DNA of 64,000 bases from Anaerolineae bacterium (lineage in GTDB: Bacteria > Chloroflexota > Anaerolineae > B4-G1 > DUEL01): contig JASFBC010000139.1 of assembly GCA_036172315.1 (NCBI GenBank), forward strand, positions 1,728-65,727, read 5' to 3'. Below the pieces are notes generated by a model that was given only the letters and a program-made list of their open reading frames with translations, was not told where the DNA came from and made no database searches. Position 1 is the first letter of the stretch. Each line of letters begins with the position of its first letter. The translations under genes and the position numbers were made by a program. Below, one piece after another: positions 36,783-45,728 of this stretch.

Positions 36783-38918
36783 ATGTCACCCAACGATTTC
36801 CGCATCACTGCTCACCCCATTCTGCCGGTAGAGCCCCGACCGACCTTCTCTTTCTTCTGGCAAGGAAGGGAGATGACGGCCTGCGAAGGAGAGACCATCG
36901 CCTCGGCCCTCTTCGCCAACGGCGTCCGCATCTTCGGACACCACTATAAAGATAACGCCCCCCAAGGCATCTTCTGCGCCAATGGCCAGTGCGCGCAGTG
37001 CACCGTCGTCGCCGACGGCCTGCCGGTTAAGTCCTGTATGACGCTGGTTCGCCCTGGGATGCACGTGGAGCCACTGAACGGCAAGCCCGTCCTCCCCAAC
37101 GTCCAGACCGTCCCCCAGATGCGCCCCATAGAAACTGTAGAGGTGGAGTGCCTCATCATCGGCGGGGGGCCGGCGGGCCTCTCCGCCGCCATAGAACTGG
37201 GCAAAGCGGGCGTCCGCACGCTCATCGTGGACGACAAGCACCGCCTGGGCGGCAAACTGGTCCTCCAGACCCACAAGTTCTTCGGGTCAGTGGACGCCTG
37301 CTACGCCGGGACGCGCGGTATAGATATCGCCACGAAACTGGAAGAAGAAGTCCGCCGGTACGAAAATGTCCAGGTCTGGCTGAACTCTACCGCCCTGGCC
37401 GTCTTCTCTGACCGGAAAGTGGGGATATTGCGAGATGGCAACCGCTACGTCCTGGTCCAGCCCCATGTCCTTCTGGTCGCGACGGGCGCGCGGGAGAAGT
37501 CGCTGGTCTTCCGGGGCAATACCCTCCCCGGCGTCTATGGCGCAGGCGCGTTCCAGACGCTGGTGAACCGGGACCTGGTGCGCGCGGCCCGGCGGCTTTT
37601 CGTTGTCGGAGGGGGAAACGTGGGACTCATCGCGGCCTACCACGCCCTCCAGGCCGGCATCCAGGTGGTGGGCCTGTGCGAGGCGCTCCCGGAATGCGGC
37701 GGTTACAAGGTTCATAAGGACAAACTGGTCCGCATGGGCGTCCCCATTTACACTTCCCATACCATCCTCAGCGCTAACGGCGAGACGGAGGTGGAATCGG
37801 TCACCATCGCCCGGATTGACGACCGCTGGCAGCCCATCCCTGGTACGGAGAAGACCTTCGCCTGCGATACGGTGCTGATTGCGGTGGGGCTGGATCCGGT
37901 GGACGAGTTCTACCGCAAGGCGAAGGAATTCGGCCTGCCGGTCTACGCGGCGGGGGATGCCGAGGAGATCGCCGAGGCGTCGGCGGCGATGTTCACCGGG
38001 CGCATCCGGGGGCTGGAGATCGCCCGCGCGCTGGGCCGGGACGTGGGGGAAGTACCGCCGGAGTGGCACCGCACCGCTGAAATTCTCAAATCCCGCCCCG
38101 GCGCGGTGGTCCGGGAGGACATCCCGGAGAAAGAAGAGGGCGTCTTCCCGGTCCTTTATTGCTCCCAGGAGATTCCCTGCAACCCCTGTACCTCTGTCTG
38201 TCCCCAGAAATGCATCGTCATTGAGGGAGAGGACATCCGGGGACTGCCGGAGTATGTGGGGGAAGGGTGCATCGGCTGTGAGCAATGCGTCGCCATCTGC
38301 CCGGGGCTGGCCATCACGCTGGTGGACTACCGCCAGGACCCGGAATATCCGACCGTCACCATTCCCTACGAGTTCCCGCCGGAGAGCATTCATGAGGGGG
38401 ATGTGGTGACAGTCCTGGATACGGAGGGGATCGTCCTAGGGAACGTGGAAGTGGTGAAAGTCCGGGCGCCGAAGTTCGCCGACCGGGCGCTGCTGGTGCG
38501 GGTCCGGGCGCCCCGGGAGATCGCCCGCCGCATCGCCGGGATTCGGGTTCAGGAGCCGGCGGTAGCGGAGCCGGAGGCGGTCTATGTCTCCCGGATGCTG
38601 GAGGATGAGATCGTCTGCCGCTGCGAGCGGGTGACGGTGGGAGAGATTCGGGCGCTGATCCGCGCCGGCCTGCGGGATATGAATCACATCAAGGGCATCA
38701 CCCGGGCTGGCATGGGCGCCTGCGGCGGCAAGACATGCACCAACCTGATCCTCCGCCTCTTCCGGGAGGAGGGGATCCCGCCGGAGGAGGTAACGGAGAG
38801 CGTGCGGAGGCCCCTCTTCATAGAGGTCCCGCTGGGGGTCTTTGCGGGCGCGGCGGCCGAGGAGGTGGTGGCGGAGGCTCCGCCGACCCGCAAGGATGTG
38901 CACCGATGGGGGATGTAG
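36783..38918 (+). CDS. Multi-domain FeS flavoprotein: N-terminal 2Fe-2S, FAD/NAD(P)-binding pyridine-nucleotide-disulfide oxidoreductase fold, 4Fe-4S dicluster, C-terminal BFD-like [2Fe-2S] domain (SoxA/HcnB/PdhA-like)
   Basis: C..C..C cluster (CANGQCAQCTV..C), GGGPAGLSAA, VVGGGNVGL, CPQKC..CIGCEQCVAICP and CRCERVTVGEI..CGGKTC. Confidence 0.7.
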   Translation: MSPNDFRITAHPILPVEPRPTFSFFWQGREMTACEGETIASALFANGVRIFGHHYKDNAPQGIFCANGQCAQCTVVADGLPVKSCMTLVRPGMHVEPLNGKPVLPNVQTVPQMRPIETVEVECLIIGGGPAGLSAAIELGKAGVRTLIVDDKHRLGGKLVLQTHKFFGSVDACYAGTRGIDIATKLEEEVRRYENVQVWLNSTALAVFSDRKVGILRDGNRYVLVQPHVLLVATGAREKSLVFRGNTLPGVYGAGAFQTLVNRDLVRAARRLFVVGGGNVGLIAAYHALQAGIQVVGLCEALPECGGYKVHKDKLVRMGVPIYTSHTILSANGETEVESVTIARIDDRWQPIPGTEKTFACDTVLIAVGLDPVDEFYRKAKEFGLPVYAAGDAEEIAEASAAMFTGRIRGLEIARALGRDVGEVPPEWHRTAEILKSRPGAVVREDIPEKEEGVFPVLYCSQEIPCNPCTSVCPQKCIVIEGEDIRGLPEYVGEGCIGCEQCVAICPGLAITLVDYRQDPEYPTVTIPYEFPPESIHEGDVVTVLDTEGIVLGNVEVVKVRAPKFADRALLVRVRAPREIARRIAGIRVQEPAVAEPEAVYVSRMLEDEIVCRCERVTVGEIRALIRAGLRDMNHIKGITRAGMGACGGKTCTNLILRLFREEGIPPEEVTESVRRPLFIEVPLGVFAGAAAEEVVAEAPPTRKDVHRWGM

Positions 38919-38949
38919 CCAACATTCTCCTCCGCCTGAGGAATACCCA

Positions 38950-38986
38950 AGAGGTTCTGCTCAGCAGAACCTCTTTGTTTTCTCCA
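38950..38986 (+). terminator. Rho-independent terminator after the FeS flavoprotein gene
   Basis: AAGAGGTTCTGCT-c-AGCAGAACCTCTT hairpin followed by TGTTTTCTCC. Confidence 0.65.
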
Positions 38987-39074
38987 CCCCAGTGGGTCTG
39001 TCCTTACCTTCTCCGGGATTGGGCATAGAGTACCGCGCCCCAGATGCCCAAGAAGAGGCCCGGATGAACCTCCG

Positions 39075-40001
39075 TTACACGGGTTCGGAAATCTCTTCTA
39101 CTGCTCGTCCCAGCATATAAAAAGCGCTGCAGAACAGCATGATGGCCAACACGGGCGGTAAGAGCGCGTGCCAGGGTTCCCCCCTCGGAGACCAGCGGAA
39201 AGTGATCTGAGTCAGCCAGATCATCGTCCCCCAACTGAGCCGCATCTGGGTACGGCCGAAGAAGGAAAGAACGGCTTCTGTCAACACAGCCCCGGTGGCA
39301 GTAAAGGCCAGGAACAGGAACGACAAAGGCAGTATAAACGATAGGAGGTGGTACCGGATAATGTGCCCTCCTCCCCCACCGGCAACCCGGGCGGCATCCA
39401 CAAAGGGCCGCACCTTTACGGAACGGACATGGGTCCGCACAACGATGGTGGGGACTCCCATTCCGGCCAGAACCCCGTACATGACCGCCAGAGAAGGCCA
39501 GTGCAGGTCTAACAGGAGGCCGATAATCAACAGGATGACCGGAGGGGGCATAAGGACAAATACATCGCTTATGCCCATCAGAATGGCATCTACCCAGCCA
39601 CCCCAGTAACCTGACGCAAGGCCTGCGATGGTTGCCAGGAGGGCCGCCACGATCCCGGCCAGCAACCCGATCCCGAAGGACGTGCGGGCTCCGTAGAGCA
39701 ATTGACTGAGCACGTCTCTGCCCATAGGATCGGTGCCCAGGAGGTGTCGGGAAGAGGGGGGACTGGGGTGAGAAATGGTGTCGTCAAAGCCTACAGTGGG
39801 ATGATAGACTCTGGGTGGCCAGATGGTGGCCATCAACAGGGGATGGATCAGGGCCACAAGGCCGAAGAAGGCCACTATGAGCAGTCCGGCCCGCCCGAAG
39901 GGATGGGCCCACATAACGGAGGGCAATGCTCCTCTTTGGGCCTTAAATCCTGATGGCCCTCTCATCGCGCACCCGGGGGTCCAGCCAGGCATGGATGACA
40001 T
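39075..40001 (-). CDS. Oligopeptide/dipeptide ABC transporter permease (DppC/OppC family), second copy
   Basis: Conserved N-terminal W.HPFGR..GLLIV region and an ABC permease core. The start is ambiguous (ATGs at 40001, 39965, 39914). Confidence 0.75.
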   Translation of the reverse strand: MSSMPGWTPGCAMRGPSGFKAQRGALPSVMWAHPFGRAGLLIVAFFGLVALIHPLLMATIWPPRVYHPTVGFDDTISHPSPPSSRHLLGTDPMGRDVLSQLLYGARTSFGIGLLAGIVAALLATIAGLASGYWGGWVDAILMGISDVFVLMPPPVILLIIGLLLDLHWPSLAVMYGVLAGMGVPTIVVRTHVRSVKVRPFVDAARVAGGGGGHIIRYHLLSFILPLSFLFLAFTATGAVLTEAVLSFFGRTQMRLSWGTMIWLTQITFRWSPRGEPWHALLPPVLAIMLFCSAFYMLGRAVEEISEPV

Positions 40002-41112
40002 CCAGCGTACCGTGGGCGACCAGCATTAGCACGCCTACCACCGACAAAATGGCCATAATGACCGGAATGTCCTGGAAATCTATGGCTGTCAGGATCAGGG
40101 AACCCAGTCCCTTCCAGAAGAAGGCGACTTCTACTACCAGACTGCCCATCAACACGAAAGGCAGTTGGATGAGGAAACGAGTCAGCAGGGGTATTATCGC
40201 CAGAGGGGCCAGATGGCGGTCGCGAATCCTCGCCAGGGATAGACCTTTGGCCCGGGCTACATGGACGTAATCTTCTGCGGCCTGCTGGCGCATAAACAGC
40301 CGCATCAGGAGCAAGGGTTCGCCGAAGGAGAAGAGAACCACGGTGGCTAAGGGGAGGGCCAAATGCCATAACAGGTCCAGGGCCAGAGGTGCCAGGCCGG
40401 AGAGATACCACCCCAGCAGGGCAACGCATGCGGGAAAAAGCCATATAAAAGGGCGCACCCAGAACCGGCGCGCCCCCCTCCTTCCGGTCAGATGACCCAG
40501 CAGAGCGGAACTGACTCCGCAGAAGGTGACTGTCAGGAAGAGCAGGGTAATTATTTGATTCGCGGTGACCGGGGCCCCGCTCCATCGGTTCATGCTGAGT
40601 ATGTTCTCCGCCGGGAACCATCTTAACCGGATGGCAAAAATCTGAACCAGGACAAAGGCCAGCCAGATAGGGAAAGAGTTATAACTGAGCACGCCCAGGA
40701 GGATGAGAGGCCCTTCTACGAGAACGCGGAATCCTTTCCGGCGGAAAGGAGAGCCGAGATATTTTCCCAGCCATATCCCCAGCCAGAAAGAAAGGAGGGC
40801 CGCTGGAAGGAAAAGGAACAGAGTACGGGGGGCCAGTTCCAGCAGGATTTTCCCCACAGGGCGGTGGGGAAATTGAAAAGTGGTCCCCAGGTTCCCGGTG
40901 AAGAACCCGACCAGCCAGCGAAGGTACTGTTTCCAGAGAGGGTCATTGAGTCCGAGGAAGGTCCGAAGGCCGCGCCGCAGAGGGGACGGAAGCCCGATAA
41001 GTGTGCTGACGAAGTCCCCCGGCATAGCCTGGATGAGGAGGAAGAGGAGAAACTGATAGAGGAGCAAAAGGACAAGCGTCCGCACCAGTCGGCGCAGAAT
41101 GAAAGGGACCAT
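39943..41112 (-). CDS. Oligopeptide/dipeptide ABC transporter permease (DppB/OppB family), second copy
   Basis: Polytopic permease with the OppB-like EAA region (ARAKGLSLARIRDRHLAPLAIIP). Confidence 0.75.
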   Translation of the reverse strand: MVPFILRRLVRTLVLLLLYQFLLFLLIQAMPGDFVSTLIGLPSPLRRGLRTFLGLNDPLWKQYLRWLVGFFTGNLGTTFQFPHRPVGKILLELAPRTLFLFLPAALLSFWLGIWLGKYLGSPFRRKGFRVLVEGPLILLGVLSYNSFPIWLAFVLVQIFAIRLRWFPAENILSMNRWSGAPVTANQIITLLFLTVTFCGVSSALLGHLTGRRGARRFWVRPFIWLFPACVALLGWYLSGLAPLALDLLWHLALPLATVVLFSFGEPLLLMRLFMRQQAAEDYVHVARAKGLSLARIRDRHLAPLAIIPLLTRFLIQLPFVLMGSLVVEVAFFWKGLGSLILTAIDFQDIPVIMAILSVVGVLMLVAHGTLDVIHAWLDPRVRDERAIRI

Positions 41113-41486
41113 GGCAGCGTCCCCACGGAATGGGGAACATCTTGTCGCAACAAAATGTTCCTAATTCAGGGCTTATCTGAAAAGTTGCCCGGCTATCTGA
41201 CACCTGTTAGCGCCACTTCCGGTGGCTCTTGCAGGGCGTCATTGCAGTGCCCCATCGTGCGGGGCGCCTTCTTGGGGGTCAGAAACTCACAGGGTACGGA
41301 GCGCGAGGTTCGTCCTGCCCTATACCAGACGAATCTCGCGCTCCAGGCCACAAACGATTCGTGCTCTCTCAATGACACCCCGGAAGAAACTGTCCAGGGG
41401 CCAGAGACACTTTTGACCTTTGCGTCCTTCGCGCCCTTGGGGTTTTCAGACAAGCCCTACCTGCTGCGGCATGGCCAGGCGTCGGC

Positions 41487-42473
41487 TCAGGTCTTATAGC
41501 AGGCCACATAGTGCCCCCCACCTACATCCCTCAGCGGCGGGTGGTCATTCCGCTCACAGAACGCATCGGCGATGGGGCATCGGTCGTAAAAGCGACAGCG
41601 GGGGGGTGGGTTGATGGGTGTGGGGATAGATCCTTTGATCTCTATGGCCTGCCGCTTAATGCGGGGGTCGGGAATAGGCACAGCCGAGATCAGGGCCCGC
41701 GTGTAGGGGTGCTGGGGATGCTGGAGCAGTTCCTCCGTCTCCGCCTGCTCCACGATTTTCCCCAGATACATCACCGCAATCCGCTGGCACATGTAGCGCG
41801 CCACGGCCAGGTCGTGAGTAATGTAGAGATAGGTCACTCCCAGCCGTTGGGCCAGGTCCTGCATCAGGTACATAATGCCGGTGCGGATGGAGACATCCAG
41901 CATGGAGGTTGGCTCGTCGGCCACGACAAAGGTGGGGCCGACGATCAGGGCCCTGGCGATGGCCACCCGCTGCCGCTGACCGCCGGAGAGTTCATGAGGG
42001 AAGCGGAACATAAAAGAGGAGGGCGGCGTCAGGCCCACCATCACCAGCATCTCTGCCACCCGCTCCTCCCGCTCCAGCACATCTCCAATGCCCTGCACTA
42101 TCAGCGGTTCGGCGATGGTATCAAAAATGGTCAACCGGGGGTTCAGCGATTCATAGGGGTCCTGGAAGATCATCTGCACCCGGCGGCGGAAGGTTTTCAG
42201 GTCTTTTCCCCGCAAGGTGGCAATATCCACCTCGCTGCCGTTCGCGCGCAGGTAGATGTGACCGGCTGTAGGGTCCAAGAGCCGCACCAGGAGTTTGCCC
42301 GTCGTTGTTTTTCCCGAACCGGATTCCCCCACCAGGCCCAGACTCTCCCCGGGGGCGATGGTAAATGATACGTCCTCCACGGCGTGAATGAACTCCTGGC
42401 TCTCCCGAAACAGCCCCCGGGTGAGGGGGAAGAATTTGCTGAGTCCCGCTACTCGTACCAGTGCTTCGCCCAT
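41487..42473 (-). CDS. Oligopeptide ABC transporter ATP-binding protein (OppF/DppF-like)
   Basis: Walker A GESGSGKTT, LSGGQRQRVAIARAL, and a C-terminal oligopeptide-transporter extension. Start at MGEALVRVAGL. Confidence 0.82.
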   Translation of the reverse strand: MGEALVRVAGLSKFFPLTRGLFRESQEFIHAVEDVSFTIAPGESLGLVGESGSGKTTTGKLLVRLLDPTAGHIYLRANGSEVDIATLRGKDLKTFRRRVQMIFQDPYESLNPRLTIFDTIAEPLIVQGIGDVLEREERVAEMLVMVGLTPPSSFMFRFPHELSGGQRQRVAIARALIVGPTFVVADEPTSMLDVSIRTGIMYLMQDLAQRLGVTYLYITHDLAVARYMCQRIAVMYLGKIVEQAETEELLQHPQHPYTRALISAVPIPDPRIKRQAIEIKGSIPTPINPPPRCRFYDRCPIADAFCERNDHPPLRDVGGGHYVACYKT

Positions 42474-42474
42474 A

Positions 42475-43443
42475 TCAACCCTCCAGGGGATGCCAGCAAG
42501 CGGCAAAATGGTCGCCCCCGTACTCCTTGAACTCCGGCACCTGCTCCATGCAGATAGAGGTGGCGTAAGGGCAGCGCGGGTGGAACCGGCAACCGGGCGG
42601 GGGGTGGAGCAGGTCGGGCGGCTCGCCGGGGAGCATGGTCAGTTCCCGCTTCGGCCCAACAATACTGGGGAACGCCGACATCAGCCCCGCCGTATAGGGG
42701 TGGATGGGGTGGTGGAAAATCTCCTCCGTGCATGCCTTCTCCACCAGCCGCCCCGCGTACATCACACCAACGCAATCGCTGACTTCGGCGATGACGGCGA
42801 TGTCGTGGGAGATGTAAATCATCCCCATATTCAGTTTCTGCTGGATGGCCCGCAGTTCCTTCAGGATGCGGTCCTGGACAATGACATCCAGCGCCGTTGT
42901 CGGCTCGTCGGCGATGATAATGTCGGGGTCGCAGGCCAGCGCCATCGCGATGACGGCCCGCTGGCGCATCCCACCGCTATATTCGTGGGGGTATTGATCC
43001 ATCAGCGCTGGGTCCAGCCCCACCAGCCGGAAGAGTTCGGCTACCTTTTCCCGAGCCGCCGGATAGGAGAAGTTCTCCAGGTGGGTCTCCATCGCCTCAA
43101 TAATCTGGTCGCCCACCTTATATACCGGGTTCAGGGAGTTCATTGCGGCCTGGAAAATCATAGAAATCCGCCGCCAGCGGTATCGGCGCACCTGCTCTTC
43201 GCTGAGCGGCACCAGGTCCACGCCGTCCAGATAGATATGGCCTCCCTTAATGTGGGCATTATCGGGGAGAAGTTTGAGCAGACAGATGGCTACGGAGGTC
43301 TTCCCGCATCCCGATTCGCCCACCAGTCCCAGGGACTCCCCTTTGGTCAGGGTGAAGGAGACATTATCCACCGCCGACACGTCGCCGGCGCGGGTAGTGT
43401 AATGCATGGTCAGGTCGTCCACGTAGAGAATCGGTTCCGTCAC
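42475..43443 (-). CDS. Oligopeptide ABC transporter ATP-binding protein (OppD/DppD-like)
   Basis: GESGCGKTS, YSGGMRQRAVIAMAL, and a C-terminal OppD extension. GTG start (MTEPILYVDDL) with an AAGGAG SD. Confidence 0.82.
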   Translation of the reverse strand: MTEPILYVDDLTMHYTTRAGDVSAVDNVSFTLTKGESLGLVGESGCGKTSVAICLLKLLPDNAHIKGGHIYLDGVDLVPLSEEQVRRYRWRRISMIFQAAMNSLNPVYKVGDQIIEAMETHLENFSYPAAREKVAELFRLVGLDPALMDQYPHEYSGGMRQRAVIAMALACDPDIIIADEPTTALDVIVQDRILKELRAIQQKLNMGMIYISHDIAVIAEVSDCVGVMYAGRLVEKACTEEIFHHPIHPYTAGLMSAFPSIVGPKRELTMLPGEPPDLLHPPPGCRFHPRCPYATSICMEQVPEFKEYGGDHFAACWHPLEG

Positions 43444-43478
43444 GGTCCTGCTCCTTAGCAGAGGATGGGTCCGGTCGG

Positions 43479-44459
43479 CTATCGCTTCCGCAGGCGGGGG
43501 TTGACCACTTCGTCCAGGGCACGTCCAACCAGGTAGAAAGCGGCACAGAGAAGGGTGATGGAGAGGCCCGCCGGGACAATCAGCCACCAGGTCTTAGTGT
43601 TCAAGAGATACCCGGCCGTCTGGGCCGTATGGATCATCAACCCCCAGGACATGCGGATGTTCAGCAGGCCGAAGAAAGAAAGGGCCGCCTCGGAGAAAAT
43701 GGCCGAGGTCACCGTGAACATCATGTACAGGAAGGAAAGGGGCAGCAGGTTGGGGATGATGTGGTGGCGGATGATATGCCAGTGGCTCCCGCCCGCCACC
43801 CGGGCGGCCTCAATGTACGTGCGCACTTTGATGGTCAGGGCCTGGGATTTGATGATGATGGTCGTCCCGCCGAAGCCGGAGAGGATGCCGATGACCAGCG
43901 CCAGTTTGGGCAGGTCCAGTTTAAAGAGCGCACCGAGGACGATGAGAATGGTGACGAAGGGGAGCATAATGATGAGGTCTGCCAGGCGCATAAAGAAAGT
44001 GTCTATAGGCCCGCCGAAGTAGGCAGAGAGGGCGCCGATAGTAGTGCCGATGGTGACGGTAATCAGCGCGGCCACCAACCCCAGGATGAACTCCGACCGG
44101 GCGCTGAACATCAACTGGCTGAGCACATCCCGCCCCAGGGGATCGGTGCCCAGGAGATGGCGGGAAGAGGGTGGGGCTGGCTGCATCGTCTCCTCGTAGG
44201 CGTAGCCCACCACCGGATCATAAACCGTCGGATCCCAGACGTACTTCATCAGGATCGGATGGGCAATGGCCAGCAGGGCGAAGAAGATGATGATGGCCAG
44301 GCCGATCAGCCCAATGCGGTTTTCGGCGAACAGGCGCCAGTTGGTGCGCAGAGAGCGCAGGAAGAGGCGCAGACGGATTTTCCAGAGCGGTTGCTGCCGC
44401 AGCCGCTCCCGCTCTTCCGGAGAGAGAAACTCATCCAAATGTCGTCGGGGCTCCTGCAT
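43479..44459 (-). CDS. Oligopeptide ABC transporter permease (OppC/DppC family)
   Basis: N-terminal cytoplasmic region plus a 6-TM permease domain (RHLLGTDPLGRDVLSQL). Confidence 0.82.
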   Translation of the reverse strand: MQEPRRHLDEFLSPEERERLRQQPLWKIRLRLFLRSLRTNWRLFAENRIGLIGLAIIIFFALLAIAHPILMKYVWDPTVYDPVVGYAYEETMQPAPPSSRHLLGTDPLGRDVLSQLMFSARSEFILGLVAALITVTIGTTIGALSAYFGGPIDTFFMRLADLIIMLPFVTILIVLGALFKLDLPKLALVIGILSGFGGTTIIIKSQALTIKVRTYIEAARVAGGSHWHIIRHHIIPNLLPLSFLYMMFTVTSAIFSEAALSFFGLLNIRMSWGLMIHTAQTAGYLLNTKTWWLIVPAGLSITLLCAAFYLVGRALDEVVNPRLRKR

Positions 44460-44474
44460 TCCCGTTCCTCCTCA

Positions 44475-45626
44475 TCAGCCGTACCGGATGCGGGGATCCA
44501 GGTAGGCGTAGAGAATATCGGCGACCAGATGGGCCAGAAGGGCCAGAGTGCCGGTGAAGACCAGCCCACCCATCACCATGGGGATGTCCTGAGAGAGGGC
44601 GGCCTCCAGCAGGGTCAGGCCCATTCCCGGCCAGGAGAAAATGGTCTCAGTGATGACGCCCCCGTCTATAGCGAAGGCCAGGCTGAAGACGAAAGAGGTC
44701 ACCACTGGAAGCATCGCGTTCCGGGCGGCGTGTTTATCCCGAATGCTCTTTTCGGGCAACCCTTTGGCCCGTGCTGCCATTATGTAATCTTCCCGCAGGG
44801 TCTCCAGCATGCTATTGCGGGTCAAGAGCATCGTCCCGGCAAAGGAGATGCAGGTGAGGGTGAAGACGGGAAGGACCAGGTGGTGGAGGATGTCCAGGAT
44901 GTAGCGAGTCAGGCCAGTGGGGACCCAGTAGGCGGCCAGGCCGCCCAGAACGACCAGAACTCCCAGCCACTGGACCGGCCGGCGGCGGTCGGGGCGCACA
45001 GCGCGGGTGGCCAGCAGCCAGAAGAACAGGATAAGCAGGTCGATAAAGGCCGTCAGTAGCATCCGCTGGAAGAGGACGGTGGCCTCAATGGGCGCTCCCC
45101 GCCAAAGGGTAGGTGTGATGAACTTGCCGATAGGGAAGAGTTTCAACGCGGCGGCGAAGATCCAGATCATCATCAGGCCAAACCAGGGGGTGAAGACGGT
45201 ATAGAGGGTCACACCGCCCACCGTCGCCACGTACTCCAGCGTTTTGCCCCGCTTCCAGGCCAGGATTTTGCCCGAGAAGAAGCCGATGGTGAATGAGACC
45301 ACCGTAGCGGTCAGGAAGAGAGTGAGAGTGCGTGGGGCCCGTTCAAAGATGATGTCAGCCACCTGACGGGGGTAATTTGAGAAGGAGATACCCAGATTCC
45401 CGCGCAGGAGAGAGCGCATATACCGGAAGTATCGCTCGTGGACCGGACGGTCCAGCCCGAAAGTGGCCTTCAAGGCCTCCCGCTGGGCCTGGGTCAGTTT
45501 GGGATTAGAGAGGAAAATCTGAGCGTAATCTCCTGGCTGCGCTTCCAATAGAAAGTAGGCCAGGGTGATAAAGATAAAAAAGGTAATCACGATCTGGACC
45601 AGGCGTCTCAGGACATATCGGCGCAT
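44475..45626 (-). CDS. Oligopeptide ABC transporter permease (OppB/DppB family)
   Basis: Start at MRRYVLRRLVQIVITFF with an AGGAG SD. EAA loop ARAKGLPEKSIRDKHAARNA. Confidence 0.82.
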   Translation of the reverse strand: MRRYVLRRLVQIVITFFIFITLAYFLLEAQPGDYAQIFLSNPKLTQAQREALKATFGLDRPVHERYFRYMRSLLRGNLGISFSNYPRQVADIIFERAPRTLTLFLTATVVSFTIGFFSGKILAWKRGKTLEYVATVGGVTLYTVFTPWFGLMMIWIFAAALKLFPIGKFITPTLWRGAPIEATVLFQRMLLTAFIDLLILFFWLLATRAVRPDRRRPVQWLGVLVVLGGLAAYWVPTGLTRYILDILHHLVLPVFTLTCISFAGTMLLTRNSMLETLREDYIMAARAKGLPEKSIRDKHAARNAMLPVVTSFVFSLAFAIDGGVITETIFSWPGMGLTLLEAALSQDIPMVMGGLVFTGTLALLAHLVADILYAYLDPRIRYG

Positions 45627-45643
45627 AGGGCTCCTTATGAGAA

Positions 45644-45714
45644 GGTGACGGTCACCCCCACGGTGACCGTCACCGGATTTTACAAGATGCGGGGCGGGCT
45701 GAGGCCCGCCCCGC
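45644..45714 (-). promoter_or_regulatory. Two copies of the palindrome GGTGACGGTCACC, followed by a GC hairpin GCGGGGCGGGC-tgag-GCCCGCCCCGC, between the SBP gene and the permease gene
   Basis: Perfect inverted repeats. The hairpin lies directly 3' of the SBP stop, consistent with an attenuator or terminator plus an operator-like palindrome. Confidence 0.4.
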
Positions 45715-45728
45715 ATTCCCTCCAGCCC

